Virus record (IMG/VR): IMGVR_UViG_3300013936_000289
Span: 152,064-216,063 of that record
Length of the DNA: 64,000 nt
Strand: one strand, 5' to 3'
Source of the DNA: a virus
Taxonomy: Duplodnaviria; Heunggongvirae; Uroviricota; Caudoviricetes
Shown here: positions 42,240 through 51,128 of the stretch, one piece after another
Numbering within the stretch: the stretch's first letter is position 1
How the letters are laid out: the number at the start of each line of letters is the position of its first letter
The notes under the pieces: generated by a model
Told to the model about the DNA's origin: nothing
What the model saw: the letters and a program-made list of their open reading frames with translations, nothing else
Database searches by the model: none
Program-made: the position numbers and the translations under genes

Positions 42240-43349
42240 TTAAATTTTTTTATTTTTTATGTATTCTTCAAATTTATTAATTAAATCTTCTTTTTTAACT
42301 GCAAATAGTTCCAAATAATTTAAATTATTTTCTTTTGCCGTATTTCTCTTATTGACATCTCTAACAGTCCATACATCAATAGCATGTGAATAACCTGTTT
42401 TATCTTTTCTTAACATTAATTCATTTAAACGTTCAATATCATTTTTATCATTAGGATTAAATGGATGATAACCATGTGACCAATAACCTTGCAATTCAAT
42501 ATACAAATCCAAACTTTTAATATAAAAGTCACAATGATATGGATATAAATCAGATTTATACTATCTTAATATATCATTTGCTCCATATTTATTACAAAGA
42601 TATTCATGTAATGATTCTTCTGATTTTGACTATCTGTATGAATTATGTTTTTTCTTTGAATCAAAATTTTTCTATAATATATCTTTATTCTACATAGGAT
42701 TTTCGCAACCGTATTTTTCAATCCAAGTTTCCTTAATATGTTCCTTCATACCTGGAATTTTAAAATTATGGTCTACTCCATATCTCTCTATACAGGTTTG
42801 CTTCATCTTTTCTAAACACTTTTTATTCTAAGCTGTATATGGAACACCTAATCTTTTTATATTAGTTTGCTTAACTTTTTCTTTTATTTCATCACACTAC
42901 GTAGGATATTTTGTACCATATCTTTTTAAACAGGTATCTTCTATTTTCTTCCTAACTTCTTGATAAAAATCTTTTCCCAAATATTTATATTCTGTTACTT
43001 TTCTTTTTCTTGTTTTTGATTTCTTCTATATAACATCTTCAAAATTCTATACACATTTCTATGAACAATATTCTCTAAATTTATGGTTATGATGAAATTC
43101 TAAAACTTTACCACATGCCTTACATTTAGGTCTATGTTCAATATGATGAAATATTCTATAAAAAGTTTCATATATGGATTCTGAATCCACATATCTATTT
43201 TCTATATATTCTTTAATAGTTGGATACTAATTTAAAAATATCTTACTTGTCCTACTAGGATTAATATCATTTTCTGTATTCTTTAATTTAAAATTCTATA
43301 TAATAAAATCATCAGTTATAATATCAGGAACTTCAAAATATTTTCTCAT
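42240..43349 (-). CDS. freestanding putative homing endonuclease (zinc finger, KxTxxxRYGV repeats, Vsr/DUF559-like nuclease; TAG=Gln)
   Basis: Manual read-through: CKACG..YCS.KC, about four repeats such as EDTCLKRYGTKYP and KQTCIERYGV, and C-terminal DFYIKSLDLYIELQGYWSH. Confidence 0.75.
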
Positions 43350-43522
43350 ATATTAAACTTTTATTTGTTTATTATATAAAATATATTTTTAATAGTTTAA
43401 CATAATTTAATAAAACTCAAAATTTGATACCATATCTTCTCCGTATCGCAATCAAATCTCTTTACCTTATAGTTATTAACCTTAATTAATTTTAACACAA
43501 TACAGAAGAAATATTCAATATA

Positions 43523-44434
43523 TTATTTTCTCCCATGTAATATAGGTTCATAATTACCTTGAAGTTGTCTAATAATATTAGATTTAAGTTTACCTTTAAC
43601 ATTAGGATTTTCCTCTATAAACATATTTTTTATATAATTCTTATAATATCTTAATTTACCAAATGCGTCATGATTTATAAAATTAACTTCCTTTATATCT
43701 AATATGTTTTCTGGTATATTATTAAAATGTAAAAGATGATCTATACCAATAAATTTCCACTCTGTATAATCAACGGTTAACCTATAAAGTTTTGTCATAT
43801 TCTATAAATTACTCCAATCAGTAACGGATTCAATAGGTTTATTATATAAAAAATCCAATATTCTAACGCTTCCTAATAATCCATTTATTGACTTAACATA
43901 AGAATTATTAAAATGAATATTTTTCAATGATATTGTTTCATTAATTCCTTCTAAATTTTCAAATATTCCGCCATATATAGAAATAGTATCAATATCAATA
44001 AATGTATTATTAAAATTATTAAAATTAAATTTTATATTAGGTATTCCATTTCTATCAAAATTCATATCTAATTCTAAATATCCTATATATAATTTTAATG
44101 TTGGATAACAATCGAACATATTACAAAATTTATCAAACTATTTCTAATCTTTAAAAGCTAAACTTAATTGTTTAAGATAAATCACATTACTATGATTAAT
44201 TTTCTTTTCTTCCTATAATCTTTCTATATATTTTTCAGAATTCCACTATCTATAAAATAAATCTAATTTATTACAATCATTTAAAAAATCATTAAACTAT
44301 TTTTCATCATTATAAACATTACTCAACGGAGATTCTTCATCATTATTAAGAATATCATCAGTTTCATCATCAAATAATGATTCATATAAAAAAGATAATT
44401 TTTCATTAATAGATTTATCAAAATTAAATTTCAT
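43523..44434 (-). CDS. ESLFDD-motif protein with LRR-like repeats (303 aa, TAG=Gln), paralog of 40743-41669
   Basis: MKFNFDKSINEKLSFLYESLFDD..; joins two track ORFs through TAG; ENLEG and KSINGL repeats. Confidence 0.7.
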
Positions 44435-44491
44435 TAAATTAAAAAAAGAATATTTGAATATTTATCTATATAATAAATGTATATAAAATTT

Positions 44492-44657
44492 AAAAAGAAA
44501 GTAACCAAAGAAAAAATAATCAAAAAGAAAAGAACCAAAAGAAAATTAAATTTCAAATCTAAATTTAATTAAAATAAAAATTGATCCTACAATATTTATC
44601 TCTCTAAAAATCTATGTTCAAAAAGAAAGTAGACAAAGAAAAAGAACCAAAAAGAAA
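44492..44657. repeat. purine-rich direct repeats in a divergent intergenic region
   Basis: AAAAAGAAAGTA(ACC/GAC)AAAGAAAA twice and AAAGAACCAAAA(A)GAAA twice. Confidence 0.5.
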
Positions 44658-45034
44658 TTTCATCAATAATATAAAATAAATTAATAATTAAATTTTTTAC
44701 ATATTATATATAATATCTATCTCAACCTTAAATACTAACATATTTATTATACTCAAGTTTTCAGAAAAAGTCTACATTTTTAAGAAAAAAGTTTAATTTT
44801 TATTAAAAATAATTTATAACTAATTGATAATCAATATATAATTTTTATTAATTTATACAAATTCTAAATAATTTTAATAAAATTTAAATTTCAATTATAA
44901 AAACTAAATTTCTTTATATAATTTCTTAAATATCTTAACCTCTCAAAATACCAGTATTTATTTTACTTACTTTTGTGAAAAAAGTCTACTATTTTTGAAA
45001 ATATTTTTTAAGTATTATTAATAATTATTTTGTT

Positions 45035-45062
45035 AAACTTTATTAACATATATTTATATAAT
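45035..45062 (+). promoter_or_regulatory. AAACT(T/A)-N16-TATAAT promoter class (representative of 11 or more copies)
   Basis: Exact 16-nt spacer at 7188-7215, 15506-15533, 16418-16445, 17081-17108, 22701-22728, 28354-28381, 36305-36332 and 43371-43398 (-) and 45035, 47742 and 49087 (+). Confidence 0.75.
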
Positions 45063-45087
45063 ATAAAAATTATTTTTAATATAAAGA

Positions 45088-45621
45088 ATGAGTTATAATA
45101 CTACAGTATAGTTTACAAGAGTTAGAAATGTTAAGTTGCCAAATAGAGCTAATAGTCATGATGCAGGAACTGATTTTTTCGTACCTTTTTATAATTAGGA
45201 ATTTCTTGTTGATTTGATTAAGAAAAATGAAGGTAACAAAATTTTCTATAATATTAAGGATGATGATTTGTTTATTACTATTCCACCTGGTGAACAAGTA
45301 ATGATTCCATCTGGTATTAAAGTTTGGATTAATGATAAAAGAACATATCTTCAAGCAACAAATAAATCAGGAGTTGCTTCTAAGTATCATCTTGATGTGA
45401 TGGCAAATACTATTGATGCAGATTACCAGGGAGAAGTTCATATTAATCTTTGTAATAATGGAAATACAGATATTACAGTTCAGACAGGTCAGAAACTTGT
45501 TCAGTTTATCCATCAGATTTATCTTGATACAGATTGGAAAGAAATGAGTGAAGATGATTATAATAAGATAGAGAAATCTGATAGGGCAGATGGAATGGCT
45601 GGTTCTACAGGAACATTTTAA
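45088..45621 (+). CDS. dut: dUTPase (177 aa, two TAG=Gln)
   Basis: DAGTDF motif 1, KSG motif 2, TIDADYQGE motif 3, KLVQ motif 4 and R..G..GSTG motif 5. Motif 1 is included only with TAG read-through. Confidence 0.95.
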
Positions 45622-45640
45622 AATAAAATTATATTAATAA

Positions 45641-46165
45641 ATGAAACAGAGATTACGAAATTTTGAGTTTGAATATAACGGTGAAAAATATTGGTATTCT
45701 CGTTCAATAACTGTTGCGACTTGTGTATTCTGTAAAGATTCAGATGGAAATTGGTGTGCATTAATTAATAAACGTGGTAAAGGATGTCCATCAAATGTAG
45801 GAAGGTGGAATGTTCCAGCTGGTTATTTGGATCATGATGAGGATTTGTGTCAATGTGGAATGAGAGAGACCTTTGAAGAAACAGGTATTTCTATCCCAAG
45901 AGTATTGATGAATTTTTATGCTATTAATTCAATTCCAGATACAAAGCGACAGAATGTAAGCGTAATTTATTATGCAATTCTTCCAGGAATAATAGATGAT
46001 TATGAATTAACAAGTGAACATTCTGAACCTAATGAAGTTGATGATATAATGTTTATTCCATTATCAATGATTTTTACATCTGATATAGATATAGCATTTA
46101 ATAATGATAATATATTATTAGATGTATATAATAAGGTTATTGTTAATTGTAATAATAAGAAATAA
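45641..46165 (+). CDS. Nudix hydrolase
   Basis: Nudix box PAGYLDHDEDLCQCGMRETFEETGI. Confidence 0.9.
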   Translation: MKQRLRNFEFEYNGEKYWYSRSITVATCVFCKDSDGNWCALINKRGKGCPSNVGRWNVPAGYLDHDEDLCQCGMRETFEETGISIPRVLMNFYAINSIPDTKRQNVSVIYYAILPGIIDDYELTSEHSEPNEVDDIMFIPLSMIFTSDIDIAFNNDNILLDVYNKVIVNCNNKK

Positions 46166-46276
46166 TTTTTCATGTTATTTTTAAGTTTTTAGTCTTAATG
46201 TATTATATTATTATAATATGTTAAGACTTTTTTATTTTATATTACATATAAAGAGTATAACTAATTAATATTATAA

Positions 46277-46660
46277 ATGAGCGTAAAGTTTAAAAATCAA
46301 AATAATACATTAAAGATATTTTGTTATACAGACATATCTATAGAAGAAGACGATTATGAAGATGATGTTAAAGTAATAACTGAAACTTATCATATATCAG
46401 CTAATTCTATAGAAGAAGCGATAGAAATATACATTAATAAGTTTACTGATATAGAATGGTATGATAAAAAGCGTGAAGATTTTTCTAGACAAGATTATTA
46501 TGATGCATGGATAGACCATAACAGGGAGAAAGCATATAAAACATATTTGAATAAATTAAAACGTGAAACTAAAAAACTAATGAAAGAATTTAAGGAAATT
46601 CCTGGTGTTTTTTATATCGGTAAACCATGTGTTCTTTTAAATACAAAGATAATAAAATGA
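46277..46660 (+). CDS. hypothetical protein
   Basis: 127 aa ORF. Confidence 0.65.
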   Translation: MSVKFKNQNNTLKIFCYTDISIEEDDYEDDVKVITETYHISANSIEEAIEIYINKFTDIEWYDKKREDFSRQDYYDAWIDHNREKAYKTYLNKLKRETKKLMKEFKEIPGVFYIGKPCVLLNTKIIK

Positions 46661-47049
46661 AAGTAAAGATTAATATTGAGAAACGTATTGATTTTAACCA
46701 TGATAATAAAATAGAGTTAAATGATGAGATAGATATAGATGATTCATTTTTTGATCAAATAACAAAGCCTTTAATTAATAAGAATAATAAGAAGAAATAT
46801 ATGTGGTATGCTACATTAGATGGTAAACTTATTCTTAATTATAAAGGTAAACATACATATACATCAGAGAAAAAACTTTATAATGGTATAATTGCGAATT
46901 TTGAGCAATTATTCAAATTATATAAAGTACCAAATTTAGTATATGATTCATTAACTACCGTTAAATTTGATTTTAATGAATTATTGGATAAACTTTTAAA
47001 GGAAAAGAGAATAATATTTCATAAGTTAGAATATGATTTAGTTGAATGA
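46657..47049 (+). CDS. hypothetical protein
   Basis: ATGA-coupled start at 46657. Confidence 0.6.
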   Translation: MKVKINIEKRIDFNHDNKIELNDEIDIDDSFFDQITKPLINKNNKKKYMWYATLDGKLILNYKGKHTYTSEKKLYNGIIANFEQLFKLYKVPNLVYDSLTTVKFDFNELLDKLLKEKRIIFHKLEYDLVE

Positions 47050-47052
47050 TTT

Positions 47053-47721
47053 ATGGATTGGAAACTTATAAAGGAATGTTTACCATTAAATATACGTGAA
47101 CATTATATATTATCTTTTATGCATGGATCTTATGTATATGGAACTAATAATGAAAAATCAGATAAGGATATTATTGTTATTGTAGATGATGATATTAAAT
47201 TAACAGATGATTATAATGGTATAACGGAACTTCATGTATTTGATGGAAATGCTATTGATTTTGATTTTCAGATTATCAATAATAATACATTTAAAAAGAT
47301 GCTATATGAACATCATATAATCGCGTTAGAGAGCTTATTTATGAAAAGTAGTATGTATGATAGTTTTGAAAAATTTAACTCGTTATACGCGAATTATTTC
47401 ATTCTTGATAAATGGAAATTAAGGAAAGTTATTTCTTCTATTGTTAATAACTCATATGCAAAATGTCATAAGAAATTAATTATAGAAAAAGATTATGATT
47501 TATATAGAGCAAAAAAATCTATTTTTCATTGTATAAGATTATATATGTTTGGTATTCAAATTGCAGAATATGGAAAGATATATGATTATAGTGAAGCAAA
47601 TTCATATTGGATAAAGATTCAAATGATGGGTAATAATTGGGATGAATATAAAACTAAGTTTAAACCTATATTAAATTCGTTGAGAAGTAAGTTAGTTAAA
47701 CTTTGTCCAAAACCAATTTGA
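47053..47721 (+). CDS. DNA polymerase beta-superfamily nucleotidyltransferase
   Basis: HGSYVYGT...SDKDIIVIV (GS..DxD) motif. Confidence 0.85.
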   Translation: MDWKLIKECLPLNIREHYILSFMHGSYVYGTNNEKSDKDIIVIVDDDIKLTDDYNGITELHVFDGNAIDFDFQIINNNTFKKMLYEHHIIALESLFMKSSMYDSFEKFNSLYANYFILDKWKLRKVISSIVNNSYAKCHKKLIIEKDYDLYRAKKSIFHCIRLYMFGIQIAEYGKIYDYSEANSYWIKIQMMGNNWDEYKTKFKPILNSLRSKLVKLCPKPI

Positions 47722-47790
47722 AAAATATTTCTATAAAATGTAAACTTTTTAAGAAGTTAATTTTATATTATATAAATAATTTTATTGTAT

Positions 47791-48924
47791 ATGATCAAAT
47801 CTATTAAAATAAGAATATATCCTGATGTTGCTTAGAAAGAATTTATTTCTAAACAATTAGGTTGTTGTAGATTTATATATAATAAATTATTAGATTATAA
47901 AAAATTAATATATAAACAATATAAGCAATCTGTTTCTTTATCATAGTTAGGTAAATATTTAGTTTCTTTAAGGAAGCAAGATGAATATTCTTTTTTAAAT
48001 GATGTATATAATGCATGTTTATAGCAATCAATGATAGATGTAATTAAAGCATATGATAATTTTTTAAAATCATATACATATTATCCTAAATTCAAATCTA
48101 AAAAAGATGCTAAACAATCTTGCAGATTTACTAATTCAATGTTTAAGTTTAAAAATAAAAAAATTAGAGGAAATAGAATAACTTTAATAAAGTAGTTAAA
48201 AAATATATTATTTAAGTGTTCAAGAAAAGATGAAATATATTTAAATCATAATCAAGATAAAATTCATTTTGTTACTCTTACTAAAACTTCTACAAACAAA
48301 TATTATCTATCAATATGTATTGATTATAATATTAAAGAAAAAGAAAAGTTAGATAATGTAATAGGATTAGATTTAGGAATTAAAGATTTTATTGTTGATT
48401 CAAATGGAAATAGATATGAGAATAAGCATTTTTATAAAAATCAAGAAAATAAATTAAAGAAATTATAGAGGCAATTATTTAAGAAATAGAAAGACAGTAT
48501 TAATAGAAATAAAGTAAGAGTTAAAATTGCAAAAGTTCATGAGAAAATAAAGAATTAGAGATTAAATTATTTACATCAAATAACTTCAAAACTAGTTAAT
48601 GAGAACCAAGTTATCTGTATTGAAGATTTAAATGTAAATGGTATGATGTCTAATCATAAACTATCTAAGTCCATATAGGAATTAAGTTTATTTGAGTTCA
48701 GACGACAACTTGAATATAAGTGTAATAGGTATAATAAAAATTTAGTTATAATAGATAGATTCTATCCTTCATCAAAGACATGTCATAATTGTGGATATAT
48801 TTATAAAGATTTAAAACTAAGTTAGCGCAAGTGGATATGTCCACATTGTAAATCTTTAATAGATAGAGATTATAATGCTTCTTTGAATATTTTATCAGAA
48901 GGATTAAGACAAATTAATTTATAA
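47791..48924 (+). CDS. tnpB: TnpB (IS200/IS605-family) RNA-guided endonuclease, 377 aa, nine TAG=Gln
   Basis: Fully translated by hand; RuvC D/E/D (GLDLG, IEDL, DRDYNA) and CxxC/CxxC intact; close paralog of 34385-35518. Confidence 0.95.
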
Positions 48925-48929
48925 TTATT

Positions 48930-49053
48930 TAAAATATTAAATAGGGTTGAGTTTTACCGAATTTAAGCTTGTGGAGATATGAATTATATATAAATTTAAT
49001 ATATAATGTATTTATGAAACAAGAAATATAGGTTTTTAGTATAAATAAAAACT
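48930..49053 (+). ncRNA. putative TnpB omegaRNA scaffold
   Basis: Conserved blocks shared with the 34232-34380 copy; perfect terminal hairpin GTTTTTA(49032-38)/TAAAAAC(49046-52). Confidence 0.65.
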
Positions 49054-49219
49054 AAAACTATGAAGAAGTTTATTTTTATAAAATGTAAACTTTTTAAGAA
49101 GTTTATTATATATTATTATGATAATGATTTTTAATAAATCAAATATTTTAAACAAATAATTTTTTAGTTAATAACAAATTTTAAATTAAAAGAAAAACTA
49201 TGAAGAAGTTTATTTTTAT
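49054..49219 (+). repeat. 26-bp direct repeat of the OmpA-gene start
   Basis: AAAACTATGAAGAAGTTTATTTTTAT at 49054-49079 and 49194-49219. Confidence 0.9.
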
Positions 49220-50243
49220 GTTGATTGCAATGTTTACATTTGCAATTGGTACAATTAATGCACAGGTACAGAATGATTATGCAGGTTCTAGTAAGTTTAC
49301 TGATAATGTTTCAGTAACACTTCAGGGTGGTGTTCTTACATCATTTGACAATTTCTATAGTGGTCATACAGCAATGGCACCTATTATTGTAGTTGGTGCA
49401 GATAAGTATGTAACACCATGGTTGGGATTTGGTATTGAAGGTCGTACACTTATTGGAACAGGTCATGGTAGTTATAATACATACACTGCATTTGATTATG
49501 TAAATGTAAGTGGTTATGGTAAGGTAAATCTTGCTAATGTATTTAAGTTTGATGGAACACGTAAGTTCTTTGAACCTGTTGTTTATACAGGTCTTGGTTG
49601 GGGTCATCAGACAGCAGGTTATGGTGCAGATCATAATAACTGGATGACTTATCGTGCTGGTGCAGAGTTTAATTTTAATCTTGGTAAGGAGCGTGCATGG
49701 GGTATTGTCGTAAATCCTTCTGTTGTATGGAATGATATTGATAATGGCAAGCTTGTAAAGAAGAATGGTAGTTTTGAGATTACTGCAGGTGTTGTTTATC
49801 GTTTCAAGAATTCAAATGGAACACGTTCATTTGCAAAGGCAAAACTTTATGATCAGACAGAGGTTGATGCTCTTAATAAAAAGATTAATGAACTTGAGTC
49901 TCGTGAGCCACAGGTAATTGAGAAGATTGTAGAGAAACCTGTTACAAATGCAAGTGGTTTTGCACAGAATGTATTTGTTGCACCATTTAAGTTTAATAGC
50001 TCAAATTTGAGTGCAAAGTGTAAGTCCGTACTTGATGCAATTCCTGAAGGAACAACTGTAGTTGTAGACGCTTATGCATCTCAGGAACCTAAGAGTACTA
50101 AGAAGCATAATAAGGCATTGTCTGATGCTCGTGCAACAGCAGTTAAGAAGTATCTTGAGTCTCGTGGTGTTAAGGTAACTGATGCTACAGGTCATGGTAT
50201 GGATGATGATTTTGGTCGTGTTGCTATTGTTACTGTAAAGTAA
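49200..50243 (+). CDS. OmpA-family outer membrane protein (signal peptide, beta-barrel, coiled coil, OmpA-like C domain), Bacteroidota type
   Basis: MKKFIFMLIAMFTFAIGTINAQ signal; amphipathic strands ending in AGVVYRF; F.FNSS and YAS.E...N..LS..RA.AV..YL motifs. Confidence 0.88.
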   Translation: MKKFIFMLIAMFTFAIGTINAQVQNDYAGSSKFTDNVSVTLQGGVLTSFDNFYSGHTAMAPIIVVGADKYVTPWLGFGIEGRTLIGTGHGSYNTYTAFDYVNVSGYGKVNLANVFKFDGTRKFFEPVVYTGLGWGHQTAGYGADHNNWMTYRAGAEFNFNLGKERAWGIVVNPSVVWNDIDNGKLVKKNGSFEITAGVVYRFKNSNGTRSFAKAKLYDQTEVDALNKKINELESREPQVIEKIVEKPVTNASGFAQNVFVAPFKFNSSNLSAKCKSVLDAIPEGTTVVVDAYASQEPKSTKKHNKALSDARATAVKKYLESRGVKVTDATGHGMDDDFGRVAIVTVK

Positions 50244-50278
50244 TAAGTTTTTAGAAAGTTTAATTAATAATTTAATTT

Positions 50279-50312
50279 AAAGAGATACTGTATTTTTATA
50301 GTATCTCTTTTT
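50279..50312 (+). terminator. intrinsic terminator after the OmpA gene
   Basis: aaagagatact / agtatctcttt stem plus T run. Confidence 0.8.
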
Positions 50313-50366
50313 CTTTTTTATAAAATTATATGTATCTTTGTTATATAAACATTAATAAAATAATAT

Positions 50367-50630
50367 ATGATTAAGTTTAATAAAAATAATAAAGACGATA
50401 TTGATAAAAAGCATTTCACTATACGAGATATTCGTGTTGGAACTATTATTAATATTCATTTAATGAACGAAGATAGAGGTGATAAAGGTTTTGTCGATTG
50501 CGAAATTATAGCAGTATTTAATTCTGCTGGTCAACGAGTTCTTAATATAAATGGAGATTTCTGTGTTATATATAAAGGTAAAGAATGGTTTGGATATTGT
50601 TCACAAATTAGTAAAATAATTTCATATTAA
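50367..50630 (+). CDS. hypothetical protein
   Basis: 87 aa; TATCTTTG promoter upstream. Confidence 0.6.
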   Translation: MIKFNKNNKDDIDKKHFTIRDIRVGTIINIHLMNEDRGDKGFVDCEIIAVFNSAGQRVLNINGDFCVIYKGKEWFGYCSQISKIISY

Positions 50631-50650
50631 TTTTTTTATTCAAAATAAAA

Positions 50651-50662
50651 TATGTATCTTTG
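50651..50662 (+). promoter_or_regulatory. Bacteroidota-type TAnnTTTG promoter element (representative of 8 copies)
   Basis: TATCTTTG/TAACTTTG at 33103, 50333 and 50655 (+) and 7685, 11601, 12307, 36670 and 40667 (-), all intergenic and upstream of co-oriented genes. Confidence 0.75.
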
Positions 50663-50699
50663 TATTGTTAATTAAAACAATAATTTAAAATAATATAAA

Positions 50700-51116
50700 A
50701 TGAAACATATATTTATAACATTGGTTCTTTCATTCATGTGTGTAATTGCAAATGCAGATAATAAATTACATGTAACACGAACATCTGATATGTGTTCTGA
50801 TTATTATGTTCTTACATTAAATAAGAATACTGTATATGTATCAGATTATGAGTATGAACAGGGCATTGTAAATTATTATAATGACGTAATTAAGTTTGCA
50901 AATTCTCGATTGAAACCATTAGCTGAAAAAATATCGAAGAAGAAAGATAAGAAATCAATGTATATTTCAAACCTTTGTGAAAATCTGTTCATTGATATAA
51001 ATGTATGTAATCCTACATATCATAAAGTATCAAATCAATTTATGGCATTTTATGAGTTGGGAACACTTTATGATAATGTCGGTAAACTTATTGATATGAT
51101 TAATAATAACAAATAA
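50700..51116 (+). CDS. hypothetical secreted protein
   Basis: Signal-peptide-like MKHIFITLVLSFMCVIANA. Confidence 0.65.
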   Translation: MKHIFITLVLSFMCVIANADNKLHVTRTSDMCSDYYVLTLNKNTVYVSDYEYEQGIVNYYNDVIKFANSRLKPLAEKISKKKDKKSMYISNLCENLFIDINVCNPTYHKVSNQFMAFYELGTLYDNVGKLIDMINNNK

Positions 51117-51128
51117 TATAATTAATAT

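Larger units (their letters stand above)
47732..49103 (+). repeat. 27-bp direct repeat (promoter core) flanking the tnpB cassette
   Basis: TATAAAATGTAAACTTTTTAAGAAGTT at 47732-47758 and 49077-49103. Confidence 0.9.

Noticed and set aside
42240-43349. Group I intron carrying the endonuclease
   Set aside because: The flanking genes are different genes rather than two halves of one; the endonuclease has its own promoter; no intron core was recognised.
47791-48924. Nuclease-dead TldR-type transcription factor
   Set aside because: All three RuvC acidic residues are present in both TnpB copies.
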